Below the pieces are notes generated by a model. The model had not been told where the DNA came from. It was given only the letters and a program-made list of their open reading frames with translations, and made no database searches. Source: Sphagnum compactum (Eukaryota). Taken from it: a DNA stretch of 64,000 nt. Positions 1 to 13,238 of the stretch are shown here, one piece after another; the first letter of the stretch is position 1, and each line of letters starts with the position of its first letter. A program made the position numbers and the translations under genes. The DNA lies in contig OZ234493.1 of NCBI GenBank assembly GCA_965153455.1, positions 17,288,213-17,352,212 on the forward strand, given 5' to 3'.

Positions 1-690
1 TTCTTTTCAACCTCTGAGCCGCATCATCAGAATCCATTTGCATCGTGATTTGGGCCTCAGTACCTCAGGCCAAGTTCCAGAAGGTGTGCTAGGTGAGCTC
101 AACCGAATTTCCAACTCCACAGCAGCTGAATCTGAATAGATCCTTTTGGGTGTTTTTGCAATCTTCCAGTGCAGCGCTTTCCACCACTCTCAGAGGGTTT
201 AGGCTCAGCAAGTCCGAATTTTTGTTGAATCCTTCTTTTGGGTTGTGATCGATTTCTAAGAGTCTGTTGTTATTGTGGTCACAAAAAAAAGCTTTTATAA
301 CATTCTGATCCATTTTTACATTTGCATCGTGATTTGGGCTTGCATTCGTCTTCTTATTTTTGTTGTTGCACTCACCAGGAAGCTAGTTAAAGAGTGTTTG
401 ATTCGTGCATTCAGTCGGGGGGTTTGTTTTCACACTCCACTCCCCTACAATTTGTACAGGCAAAAAATTTGGTCAAGTTTTTTTGGACATCTTGCAAGCA
501 GGAATTTAGCAATCAAGATGCTTCATTTAACACTAGGAATGTCTCTATTACAGAAACTTCAAGTCAATTTTCTCAATCAATCTTTTGTCTTCCTTTTTTC
601 CAGCTCGGGATAAGTGCTTTATGGAATCGTACGTCTAGTCATTGCGGTAATTTGCGCCTTCTATCTCCCCTTTCGACTTTTTTCACCTGC
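1..690 (+). repeat. Segmental duplicate of ~20153-21327 (LRR-kinase fragment region) with an internal deletion
   Basis: 1-35 matches 20153-20187, and 56-690 matches 20689-21327 at high identity. Confidence 0.9.
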
Positions 691-3600
691 TACAGGAGGA
701 AGAAGGAGAAGAAGAAGAAGAAGCTGCACAAACAGGAACAAATACCTCAATATGCTAATCTTGGACCCACCTCAGGCTGTGGCAGATTCCGAAACTTTGG
801 TCTGTCATTGCATTAGAGTAGAAGGCCACCACTCAATAGAGCCCTGGGTGAGCCTCCTCTCTGACCAGGACAAGCCTTGCCAGTAGTTGCCTGTCTGGTA
901 TAGTGGCTTTCTCTTCCATGGCCATCACCAGGCCTTCATCGACACGGAACAGGATCACATAAGGATGAGGAAGACTAATTCTGGTGAGTATCCATAACTG
1001 CTTGAATAGGTATATGCATAATTTTTGAGCGAGAATATCTTGTTGCTCGGATTACTGGTAAACTATTGGATGGAAGGTCAGAACAATTTTGGGAAAATTG
1101 ACAATCCAAAAAACTTTTGGGACTCCTAAAAGCCCTTATTTTATTCAAGATACAGACAGCTATGAGGTCACCAGCTTGGTCACTGACATCATTCAGGTCG
1201 GTGCCCGGTAGTGTGATCTTCCGACCACCTGTCTTTGCAAATGTACCCCCACCACCCCTTTGCAAACCTGTCGGACTATTTCCTGGTAAGCATCCTAGAT
1301 ATATGGAGTTCCACACAACACCAACTATTTGCACCTGCAACCATACCCCTACCGCGAACCAAAATAATGTATTACCCATGGCTGGGATGGAGAGTATTCC
1401 AGAGAAAATCGTTGTGCTATCTTTGCGTCCATATATTGCAGTGGAAAGACAGTCCACCACCCTGGTACACAGTAGTTTATATCCCCGACCAGAGGATTGC
1501 TTCACCAGGGTCCCACTTACCGCACAGAGTTACGGTGATCTGGATCCAGAGGAGGAAACAATCGACCTGGCTCACAGTAGTAGGCTATCCTCGGGATGCA
1601 TAGAACACGAGCTCAAATCCCAGGACCACTACCAATGGGTCTCAGGCACTTTTCAAATTTTCCATTTCCTGCTCCCAGAAGCAAGTTCATTAACCCACAT
1701 TTGAAGGTTCACACGACCATTTTTGAAGCACAAAAAGTACTTCATGTCTCTGAAGAATGCTGAGAGAAAAAGGAATTTATATGAGCGCTCCATCATTACC
1801 TGAGATGGGTTTAGGGTGAGCAAGCCGTGCCAGAACTGTGTCCTCGATTACTTCCAGGAGTTGCTTTTGCTGCAGCAAACAAGCACCGGCACATTGTCAG
1901 ATGTCATCGACCTTGACACCGCATACGGGAGCCGTGAAAACAGAAAGCGAAAGCACGGGAAGGCACATCACGAGCGCGACATACGCTTTAATTGTCGGCA
2001 GAATCCAACATATTTTTGCACGACGTTGGATTCTGCCGTAAGAACATATTCTCCCTTTTTTTAGGCTGCCCAAAAAAGGCGCTCGCAGCTATTTTTTTGC
2101 GACGCGGCCTCAAAGGTGGGCGCAAAAACCACGGGGAGCATCATGGAGCTCGACTCGGAAATGCTCCCACTTGTACGGATTCGAAGAAGGACAGAAAGAA
2201 AAACAACGGGACCGGAGGAGCCCAGAAGAAGGGGAAGGGTTTAGGGTTTACAAAAAGGGGAAGAACCACCGAGTTAACAAACTCGAAACAAAGAGGGTTT
2301 AGGCTAGCCCAACGGATCCTGGCTCCAACTGGATGGACCCCACAGAGACACCGGGTTGAGTCCTACGGAACATGAGCGACAACAAGTCAATCGAGCGATC
2401 CTCCAGTGACATCCACCTCGGACCACCAGGTTTAGCTCCAGGTTGGCCATGAGCCCTACCAGAAGCAAATTATTTTGTGTTTACACCTTGATTACGTAAC
2501 AACCTGGATGAATCATACATTTGGTGAAGTTCCAGAAATTGATCGGGGAACGAGGGAGTGAGAGCCTACTAAACCATCGTCAAAACTAAGTCCATGCACC
2601 GGATAGCCCATCAAGGGAAGATTCTTCAGCCCATATTCATATGCACGCCCTTCCCAAGCCTGCTACAGACTTAAAACAAAAAAAAGTCCTGCCATCAATC
2701 TTGATTCTCCTTCAAACGTTGACGAAGGAAATGGCCATGGGGATAGTGGTACATGATTTGAGCACCAAATCTGTATTTCTTCTGCTGACAAATGTCGTCT
2801 AGCACACATTAAGAGAGCTTATTTTCGTACTTGCCATGTAGCCTTATCGACGGAGACTTTGGCATGCCTGCTCAAAGATCACGTATGCTAGAGATAACGG
2901 TGTTGTTTTCGCCTTCGCATTATAGTGGACGAGGGTGTAATCCATGTCATATCCAACAGTAGTGATCGTACGCAAACTTGGTGTACGGCTGCAAAGAAAT
3001 TCCTCGTGATGGTCTTCCATGCGGGTACTGTTTCTGCATACAATAGCAAAAGTCGTCTCTGAGCATCACTCGAATGCACCTGCTTTTCAGCACCCCAATC
3101 GATTATCACCAGTCTCTCCTGTTTCCTCCTTTCTTTGTTGTTTAGTGCAGACCAGGACCCCTTGCTGATAGAGGATCCCTGGGATCTGAGAGATCAAGTA
3201 TAGCTTGATAAGAGCACCAAAGTGCTTACCGAAATTTGTAGCTTCTGTAGATATGCCTCTGCCTGCCGTGTTCTCATTGTTGCAATCTCTGTACCGGAGT
3301 CCAATCCCTCATTCTCTAAAGCCATCAAAAGAGAGGGGGTTTAGGAGTATCAAGAGAAACATAACAGCATATATGGTGTAAGTATTGCAGTAGGAACGGA
3401 AAAACAAGTCTGATGGCACGAAGACTATGCGTCGATGGAAGGATGAGCTAGCCCAGAGTCAGGACCGGACCGGGAAAGCAGGTGCTATGAACGTAGCATG
3501 CAAAGGAACATCTCTCACCAAAGCTTCGAAATAATCTGATCCGTAGAAGTTTTGACTTGGGTTTCGATCGGGGGTTGTCAGTTGCTGCTGCTTCTGCAAA

Positions 3601-4724
3601 GATTGGATCCCAGATAGCCTCGTCTTGGGGATCATATGTTACTTGCCTCTTTTTCCATGCGTCTTTCTCTTGCTCCCACGCATCTTTTGTGCACACCCAC
3701 CTACCAACCAGGGTAAGACACCAGAAAGAGAACTAACAATTGCATGCGAAGTCCTTAATTTGAACTTGCTGTAACACAGAGTTTCTAATTCCGACAGACT
3801 TCTTGCAGCATTAAACATGTACAGCACAAGTTCGGTGGATGTCATACTAATACCCAAGATTGTTGCAGAAGAATCCAGATCACGACGGGCCAAGAGGACT
3901 CCGTTCATAACTCTCCATCGCATATACAGCTCTTTCAGAGTTACCAGAACCGGGAGTACGAGAGAGAAATGCATTCACCAACCTTATGTGCTTGCAGGGA
4001 GAAAATCAGTGAAGAAGATGTAGTGAATTTTAGTACCAGGAGCACCCCCTCTTCGGGGAACAAGGGCTCCATTCGTAACGATCGGGCCTCCCTCGTCTTG
4101 CCGATTTTGCAGGGACGGTTGCGAGCTGGGTAGATGCAACATCTGTCTGGTTGATGCATCGGCTTCTGGCCCATAATATCCTATAAAAATGCTTCTACAC
4201 CAACAGCAGGAACATTAGATTTGTTCCTCGTATGAAGATCATCAGGTGCTAATGAATGAACAGTGCTTTAAGTTCCTTCACCCCCATGTTTTTTCCACCT
4301 TTTGGATAAACCGGTGTAGATACGTATCTCCATCGGAAGCAATAAGGTCATGTTACGAAAGAGGTTCATGCTAAAAGAAACAAAAAGACATTGTGTCTGC
4401 TGACAGATTGTAAGTTCCGGTGTCGCTGGACTCCGAAGGAGCTGTAGTCTCTTTGAAAAGAGGCCTTTTTTTAACCATTAACAAGGCCAATTTAGTTGCT
4501 TGCAGGGTAGCTACAAGCCCACCACTTGAATAAAAGATGAGAGGCTCTAAAGACTTCACATGGGATCCGAATTTATTCTCTTCAGGATGTACCGGCCTGT
4601 TAGCATCTGGCATGTCCTGATCGTCTTCGGAATATTGTTCATGTTGCCAAAGGGAGCATCGAACCAGGTCCTGAGAGGATGTAACAAATTCCAAAGGACA
4701 CTCAGTCGGTGAGTTCATCGCATT

Positions 4725-4935
4725 TCACGGGGTGTAGTTTCACTGTACGGAGCACCAGTGTGGGCTGCAGATTTGAGAGCAGGAGCTGCTCTAGTCCTGG
4801 CAGGTATGGCAGCTGAGGGGACCCCGCACGTGGAAGGAGCAAGTCACGTTGACCGGGGCTACGAGAAATTAGATCACAAGTCGCATCTTCGCGGTGCATG
4901 AATTCGGAGCATTGCCTTGCCTACCATTTGACTCG
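4725..4935 (+). pseudogene. murA: MurA (UDP-N-acetylglucosamine enolpyruvyl transferase) C-terminal fragment
   Basis: Manual translation gives SLYGAPVWAADLRAGAALVLAGMAAEGTPHVEGASHVDRGYEKLDHK, matching the MurA C-terminal motifs DLRAGAALVLAG and HxDRGYE. A TGA follows at 4899 and no upstream exons are visible. Confidence 0.8.
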
Positions 4936-5339
4936 ACCATGTAGTACTCTGACGTTGAGGGGGAGGACGTAATTTTTGGGGTAAAGATATAATAAGGGTG
5001 GGGGGGAGGGGTTTAGGGGAATAATAAGGAAAGACATAGAAGGAAGGGACAAAAAGGGCGAAGAGTAAAAGAGTATAACATAAAGGGAAAAAGAATTAAA
5101 AAGGTGTAGCAAAATTTGCACGGAGGGAGAAATTATGGAAAAGATTTTGACAAAAGCGAAGAGGTTTAAGAGAAGCGAGAGAAAGGGAAACTTAAAGGTT
5201 ACAAAAGGTAGAAGCGACGTGAGAAAATATTTTGAACGTTAAAAAAGCAAAGGGATAAATATAGAAATAATATAAGCGGGGCAAAAGCAAAAAGATAGAT
5301 TGACTTAAGAGGGGGGAAGGGAAAGGATGCGAATGAGGA

Positions 5340-7000
5340 AAAGCGAATTAAAGGTCGGTAAGCGGGAGAAAGCGATGGTTTAGGGTTGTAAGCGGGAGAA
5401 AGCGGGGTAAAGCGTGATAAGCGGGAGAAAGCGGGGTAAAACGCGATAAGCGACAGAGGGCGAGGTAAAGCGTGGTAAGCGGGATAAAGCGCGGTAAGCG
5501 GGATAAAGAGCGGTAAGCGGGATAAAGCGACGTAAAGCGCGAAAGCAGAAGAAAGCAGGGTAAAGCGCGATAAGCCCAAGAAAGCGAGGTAAAGCGCGGT
5601 AAGCGGCAGAAAGTGCGATAAAACGCAATAAGCGGGAGAAAGCAAAATAAAACGTGGTAAGCGTGAGAAAGCGAGGTAAAACGCGGTAAGCGGGAGAAAA
5701 CGGGGTAAAGCGCGGTAAGTGGGATAAAGCGCGGTAAGCGAGAGAAAGCGACGTAAAGCGCAAAAGTAGAAGAAAGCAGGGTAAAGCGTGATAAATGGGG
5801 AGAAAGCGGGGTAAAGCGCAGTAAGCGACATAAAGCACAATAAAATGTAGTAAGCGGGAGAAAGCAGGGTAAAGCGTGATAAGCGGGAGAAAGCGAGGTA
5901 AAGCGCGGTAAGCGGGATAAAATGCGGTAAGCGGGATAAAGTGCGGTAAGCGGGATAAAGTGCGATAAGCGAGAGAAAGCGGCGTAAAGCGCGGAAGCAG
6001 AAGAAAGGAGGGTAAAGCGCGATAAGCAAGAGAAAGCGGGGTAAAGCGCAGTAAACGGCATAAAGCGCAATAAAACGTAGTAAGCGGGAGAAAGCAAGGT
6101 AAAGCATGGTAAGCGAGAGAAAGCGAGGTAAAGCGCGGTAAGCGGCACAAAGTGCGGTAAAGCGTGGTGAGCGGGATAAAGCGCGGTAAGCGGAATAAGT
6201 GGGAGAAAGCGGGAGAAAGTGCGGTAAAGCGACAGAAAGCGCAATAAGCGGAAAAAAGCAGGGTAAAGCGTGATAAGCAGGAAAAAGTGGGGTAAAGCAC
6301 AGTGAGCGAGAGATAGTGCGATAAAGCGAAAAAAGTGGGGTTTAGCGGGGTAAATCGGGGTAAAGCGCGGTAAGGAAGATAAAGCACGGTAAGCGGGGAA
6401 AAGTGGCGTAAAGCGCGATAAGTGGGAAAGTAGGCGGTGAAGCGTAGTAAGCGGGGAAAAGCGGCGTAAAGCGCGATAAGTGGGAAAGGAGGAGGTGAAG
6501 CGTAGTAAGCGGGAGAAAACGCGATAAGTGGGAAAGGAGGAGGTGAAGCGTAGTAAGCGGGGTAAAGCGCGATAAGTGGGATAAAGCGCGGTAAGCGAGA
6601 GAAAGCGGCGTAAAGCGCAGAAGTAGAAGAAAGCAGGGTAAAGCGTGATAAATGGGAGAAAGCGGGGTAAAGCGCAGTAAGCGACATAAAGCACAATAAA
6701 ATGTAGTAAGCGGAAGAAAGCAGGGTAAAGCGTGATAAGCGAGAGAAAGCGAGGTAAAGCGCGGTAAGCGGGATAAAATGCGGTAAGCGAGATAAAGTGT
6801 GATAAGCGAGAGAAAGCGGCGTAAAGCATGGAAGCAGAAGAAAGGAGGGTAAAGCGCGATAAGCAACAGAAAGCGGGGGTAAAGTGCAGTAAGCGGCATA
6901 AAGCGCAATAAAACGTAGTAAGCGAGAGAAAGCAAGGTAAAGCATGGTAAGCGAGAGAAAGCGGGGTAAAGCGCGGTAAGCGGCACAAAGTGCGGTAAAG
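5340..7000. repeat. Degenerate purine-rich minisatellite built from GTAAAGCGCG / GTAAGCGGG / AGAAAGCGGG blocks
   Basis: ~1.65 kb of 9-10 nt sub-units with strong A/G skew on +. It produces the long low-complexity minus-strand ORFs. Confidence 0.9.
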
Positions 7001-7006
7001 CCTATC

Positions 7007-7561
7007 TTAGTGTTCGGAGCATTACGAGTGTAATGCCGGGGGCTGGGGGCTGTTTGACCAGAGAAAATACACAGGAGTGCCGGGCTGTTTTCGCGCGATG
7101 CCGGGCTGTTTTTGTTGACTTTTTTCACTTTTAGTTACTTTTAGTTACTTTTTTTACTGGTCGTAAGTTTTGTAAGTTACTTTTTACTGGTGAAAGGGGT
7201 AAGTTTTGTTACTTTTTTTACTACTCGTAAGTTTAGGAAATTACTTTTTACTGTGGAGAAGGGGCAGGGTTTATATTGGGTTGATTGTGCGAGGGGGGGG
7301 GTTTAGGGGTGCACCTTGATGCATTTTTTTAATTTTTTTTTTTACAGTTGAGGGGGAGGGGGAAATGGGTACCCCTAGATATATGGGTTTAGGGGTGGAA
7401 GGAGGACGGGGATATGGGTACATTTAAGGTCCCTTTTTAAGATATATATTTGTTGTGTTTGGATGGATGACGGGCAGATGAAAAGATGGATGACGCGACG
7501 GACGAATGGATGGAAAGCTTCATCTCGTCCACGACGTCGTTTACTATATAAGAATATAAGA
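7007..7561 (-). mobile_element. Non-autonomous Helitron-like element
   Basis: Minus strand starts A|TCTTATATTCTTATATAGTAAA and ends with hairpin GCATTAC-ACTC-GTAATGC followed by CTAA (CTRR). Copies at 27029-27582 and 48824-49398. Confidence 0.6.
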
Positions 7562-8254
7562 TCCCCATTTCTTTATCTTTTTTTTGTTTCGGTCTTAGGG
7601 TTTCTTTGTGTTTTTTGCATTCCTTTTCTTTTTTAATTTTTTTTCAAAAAGGTTTTCTAAATAATAATTAGAAAGTGAAATTTCATTTCCACAGAATGAA
7701 AAAGATTACTAATATTTTTTCTGATGATTCTTTTTTTCCTTTTTATTTATTTATTTATTTTTCATTTTTCAATTTCTCAGGCTATTTTGTTTTATTTTCG
7801 AATAGCCTTGTTCTTCAATAATAACCACAAAACGAGAAATAATTTATGAAGCGTAAGTGTTTTTTGATCGTTGTTTTTATCTCTCCGCAGATTTGAACGC
7901 AAGCTTGCAAGGTTCATGCCCGCCGCAACGATCACAGCACACACGATAGGAAGGCCGAGAATACGACTTGAAGCAGCCAGGGTTCCGGCTGTATTAAGCC
8001 AGGGGTGCGACGAGAACAAAGACGATAAGAAAGGAAAAACAAAACTCGATGGATCGAGCCCAGGGTAAAGAGCCGAAGGAACTCGTGCATGATTTCGGTA
8101 GTGGGCTACTTCTTCCTCGGTGTTATGCGAGCCCAAGAGTTCAGCCACCAGATTGCCCAAACAAACATCAACGGAGATAAGCAACGAGAAGTAGTTCGAG
8201 TCAATGCCAGTCACATTCAGTTTGCGAGGAATGACTCGAGGTCATCGGTTTGAT

Positions 8255-8725
8255 CCTTAAGGTATGATCCGAGCATCATGGGCATAATGCCGGGGGCTGG
8301 GGGCTGTTTGACCAGGTTTTATACAGCATGGTGCCGGGCTGTTTTAGCATGGTGCCGGGCTGTTTTTGTTGACTTTAGTTACTTTTAGTTACTTTTTTTT
8401 ACTGGTGGTAAGTTTTGACAGTTACTTTTTACTGGGTTTAGGGGTAAGAGATGTTACTTTTTGTTACTTTTTGTTACTGGCTGTAATTTTAGGGAAATTA
8501 CTTTATACTGTGGAGACGGGGGAAAGGGTGCACCTTGACTATTTTCTTTTTTTGTTTACTGTTGAGGGGGAGGGGGGTGGAGGTGTATGTTTTTTTTTTT
8601 TGGCCTTCATTTGACATGTGGAAGGAGGAAGGGAAAGGGATACATATATATATATATTTTTTTTTATTTTTTTTATTTTTTTTTTAATATTGTTTTTTGA
8701 TTGTGGAGTGGGTAGGGACAAGACA
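8255..8725 (-). mobile_element. Truncated member of the same hairpin-terminated repeat family
   Basis: Absent from the paralogous site at ~28275; similarity breaks after ...TTTGATCCT. It has the same GGGGCTGGGGGCTGTTTGACC and TTTTGTTACTTT internal motifs. Confidence 0.55.
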
Positions 8726-8875
8726 GGGGGTCAAATTTTGGAATTTGGTGTTCCTAAATGAATGCATTCCTTACGATTCCTTCAAGTTCCCACCTAATGG
8801 CCAATGGCTTTTTGGTATGTTCCCTATGTTCCCAATAACATCACCCTTTCTGTTATAGGTTTTGACCCCAAGTTC

Positions 8876-10163
8876 CTTAAGGTATGATCCGGGCATTACG
8901 AGTGTAATGCCGGTGGCTGGTGGCTGTTTGACCAGGAAAAAAACAAAGCGATGCCTGGCTGTTCTAGTGTAATGCCTGGCTGTATTTGTTGACCTTTTTC
9001 ACTTTTTGTTACTTTTTGTTACTTTTTTTATTGGTCGTAAATTTTGTAAGTTACTTTTTACTGGTGAAAGGGGTAAGGTTTGTTACTTTTTGTTACTTTT
9101 TGTTACTGCTTGTAACTTTGATAAATTACTTTTTATTGGGCCAAGAGGGCCAGGGTTTATATTTTATTCATTGTGTGAGGGGGGGGGAAAGGGTGCACCT
9201 TGATTTTTTTCTTTCATTTTTTTGACTGTTGAGGGGGAGGGAGGGGGGGTGGAGGTTGATGTTTTTATTTTCCCCTTCATTGGAAATGTGGAAGGAGGAG
9301 GGGGGAAAGGGGTTAATTTAAGGGCTCTGGAAATGTTTTTTTCATTGTGGAGAGGCTAGGGAGGGGAAGGGGGTAATTTTTTTTACAAATTCATTATGGG
9401 ACGGGGGAAAGGGTGCACTGGGGGAAAGGGTGCACCTTGATTTTTTTCTTCTTTTGTTTCACTGTTGAGGGGGAGGGGGGTGGAGGGTAATGTTATTTTT
9501 TTGCCTTCATTTGACATGTGGAAGGAGGAAGGGAAAGGGATGATTTTTTTTTTAAATTTTGTTTTTTCATTGTGGAGTGGCTAGGGACAGGGGGAACATG
9601 AAAGGGTTTTTTTTTTTAATATGTTGAAGGGGGATGGGAGGGAGTTTTTTTTCTATGTTGAAAAGGGATGAGAGGGGGGTTTTCTTTTTACAAGTTCATA
9701 GGGGGGGGGGGGGTTAGGGTTGGTTTAATTAATTAAATCTGAGCTAAAATAAAATAAACTTAATTAAGTAGGTAGTTGATTTTCATGTAATTGATCATAA
9801 AAATATAGTTATCCATAGATGAACGAAATGTGACCATGTCATATGAAACGTTTTTTTAAATGAATTTTTAAAAATATCTAAAATGAGTTGCACATGGGTA
9901 ATATCATGTCACGCGGAGCCCAAGTCAGGTATTGACCCCCGGAAAAAAAAACACCAAAAAAAACTTCGGGCAGCAAGTAAATAAGTAATTGTTTTTGGGT
10001 TGAAAAATAAAGGGTTGTTTAGGGCAGATGACAAGAATTAAGCCCATTACTTAAGCAAGTTAATAAGTAATTGTTTTAGTTTTGAGTTGAAAATAAAGGG
10101 TTGTTTAGGGCAGATGACAAGAATTAAAAGATTACTTAAGCAAGTTAATAAGTATGGTCGTGA
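8876..10163 (-). mobile_element. ~1.3-kb non-autonomous Helitron-like element
   Basis: Minus-strand 5' end TCACGACCATAC is shared exactly with the copies ending at 19004 and starting at 46230. The 3' end has hairpin GGCATTAC/GTAATGCC ~15 nt before the terminus. An internal ~85-bp tandem duplication lies at 9975-10150. Confidence 0.55.
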
Positions 10164-12700
10164 CTATCTATCAGCATGCACCTTTGAAAGGAAAGCTAAA
10201 AAATTGCTGTCCTGGACAAAACATTCGGTGATTATATCTGAGTGGATTGGTTGGTAGAGAGGATAAATGCGAGTAAGGCAATAAGATAGTGCCTGAAAGT
10301 TGGGAAAATGGTCTGCAAATAAGTCAAATATTGCATCTTTCTGTAATCCCCGTCCAGTTGCAGTACGCAGCCAAATGCTAAGATCAGTATCAACGAACGC
10401 CAAGTGAAAAACCCTGCACAAGAGCAAGACGGAACCAGAATTTAGAACTCACGATTGTACACCGGAAATCTACGGATGATCTCAATGAGCTTCAAATTTT
10501 CGGTAAGTAATACAACCACAGCACAACATTGGAGGCTCCGATGCTTCTTGCCTCATGAACGTATCAACCTTATGAATGCACGGACAGCAACAATTTATGC
10601 ACTTGGATTTGGCTCTTTAAGGTGAAAGGGATGCCTCCATACAAAACCACTAAAAATGTGAACCCGTGTTCGACAACGGTAATGATTTTTATCATACCCG
10701 GTAAATACGTCAGACTGTGAGGGGCTGTTCGGTGAATCGGTCTCAGTGCTGCCGCGGCCTGCTGCTGATTACCTGACGTGAAACGCTCTGCGAATGTGAC
10801 CTCCACCTTCCCCATAAGTCAGAAGTCCACATTTTTTCCAGTTCATATATCATACAGGTTTCAAATGTTCTTCCTAGCTGTCGACCAATTCAGACCAGTC
10901 CTTCTATCAGCGGTCTCAATAGTTGCAGAATTGACCTTGCAGATCAGGAACAAGAGTCGTCAACCTTCTCGGAGGAATTGATGTCAGCACGATCCACATG
11001 ATGCATATAGCTTTGAGCTATAAACAAACCGGTGACCTGCACCAACCCCCAGCAACTGTCGTATGAAAAGAGCACCCGACCACTCCAAAGTAGTCGAAAC
11101 ACTCGTAACCGAGAAACAAATCTCATTGCAACTATTGTGAGCAAAAGTTGTGAAAAACGCATCGTCCATTTCGAGAAACTCATCCTCCCAGGCTTGCAGC
11201 ACAAGAAGAAAACTCCGAGAAAGACGAGCCGTCGGCTAAAACGTAGACACTGTGCATGCTCCGAATACTCAAAATCTATCTCTGTTCGTGTTGCCAAAGC
11301 AAGGTGTCCAGAACTTTGGTCTAAGTTGGAGGAGGATAAACGGTGACTTTCCGAAACTGTTGTGCTTTCAATAGGATCATGATATCCAAGATATGAGATC
11401 AACAAGGCCGGAAGAAGTCAAACAACCCTCTCATATTTCTGTAATATTTTTGCAAAAGCAGCCATGTTCAAGGAGCTGCCACAATATCCCCGCAATGATT
11501 GTCAGGGTTCTGGACTGGGTTCATTCACAAGGGAGATGCACGTTAGGATGGCAGGATGAGCGATCTCCTAGAACGAGTGTAAGCAGGAGAGAAACAAGGA
11601 GTTAACAGCCAGTCGAGATGCATGCCTCCAGACACACGCAACAATCAAGCGAAGTAAATTTGATTGCAGCAACAACTTGAAGCGACAAGGGCCCAAAGAG
11701 TAGATCGCAACATATCAGGTCAGCATAAAAACAAAGATAGGACAAAGAAAACACGTGAACATCCGCTCGACAGGTCAGAGCACCGAAGAACTGTGAAATA
11801 GAAGAAGAAAATGACAAGTGGCTACAAATAGGAAGAGAAAAGATGAGAGTACCCAAGGCCAGAGTCTCGAGCACTTTGAGCCTCAAAGGTAGAAAATGTA
11901 CGAAACCTGAAGCTCTTCAGCATACCAAGCCCTCGGTAGAAGTCGATGAATGCCACCCGCAGCACGTCTGCAGCACTTGGAACCTTCTTTCGGCCGAAGG
12001 CAATGTCTTCTTGTCCTATACAGTCGGTCATCAATCTTTTTGACTGACAAAACACATCCTCCCATAGCATCTCGGAGATTGCTGAGATCATTGCCACAGG
12101 GGCAGACCGAGGTAGGCTCCATCTAATTTGGGATCCATACATAGAAGCTCTTGTGAGCGAGGAGAGTCCCTGCAGCAACTTCCGAAGGAATCAAACCTGC
12201 GTCGGATCCAAAAGCAAGCTCCCAGGAATCCACGGTTCTTCTCCTCCACGGCACACCGGTTAGAGATGTTGCTGCAAGGGTTGCCTTCGCTATTGAATCA
12301 ATCGGCTCATCATTCGTATCAAGGTAACCTGACTCCGGCAGGCTTGCACAGGAGTTCCCTGCATCCGTACAATATGAGACACGATGTCAAAGTATGCTGG
12401 ATTTATGAGGAGAATGTCTTAAAAGCTTATATGTGGCGTGCAATTTCCAGATCAGGGTGCTGTACCCAAAGAAGTTGTGGTCAGACATCCTGGTAAAATT
12501 AATTTCGACGCTACCAATTCATTCAGAACGTTGCATCATCAGGCACCGAAGCACTCCCGTGCAATGTGAAAAGGGAGAGAGCATTCACCACAATCATCGA
12601 GTACCACACTTCAGCCTGCAACTGTAGATTCTCAAGCACCCGGTCCAGGCTACGTAGCACCCACCGAGTTCGCCGTACGATCACCTCTACACGTGGAACC
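10164..12700 (-). pseudogene. PHO1: PHO1-family (SPX-EXS phosphate exporter) pseudogene, copy 1, lacking the EXS exon seen in copy 2
   Basis: ISAISEMLWEDV...RKKVPSAADVLRVAFIDFYRGLGMLKSF (SPX C-terminus) and MGKVEVTFAERFTSGNQQQAAAALRP match PHO1. The copy is frame-disrupted and has a ~37-bp deletion near 10819 relative to copy 2. Confidence 0.75.
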
Positions 12701-13238
12701 AACATCAGGAGCAGCCTAGAAAAAATTAGACTCACGGTATCCTTCCAGATACATCGTGAAACCTCGGACCGCACAAAGACACGCAAAAATGTACTCCTTC
12801 GCATGGACATTGGCAGCGGAGGGACCGCAAACCTCTCGTGCATGACACCAACAGAGCCCAAAAGAAAAAACCGGCGAGCACTTTATCAACGCCCTCCTTC
12901 TACACGAAGCTCTTAAACATGATCTACATCTCTCCATATTATCAACCCATGATCGCTCAGATATTGCATGCCGGCGATGGTTTGCAGGTTTCGGGAATCT
13001 GGCAGTCCGATGCATGAAAAGTATAACGCCAAGTCTACTGACGCGCGACAAAATTATGTACGAGAATTGGCATCTGCGACCATCGACGGTTGCAATCCGG
13101 TCACGCATTCTACGGATGGTGGAATTCACGTCCACAACGGATGGACGTTCGAATAAAGATCAGAGGCTCGGAAGACTTAATATTGGATCCGAATTTATTC
13201 TCTTCGTGATGTAGCAGCCTGTTAGCATCCGACACCTC

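Noticed and set aside
700-4700. Coding-like fragments, including ORFs 975-1505, 1117-1704 and 3448-3974
   Set aside because: Probably decayed exons, but I could not recognise a family.
5199-7128. Long minus-strand ORFs of 214-582 aa
   Set aside because: They are low-complexity products of the minisatellite, open in several frames, with no domain.
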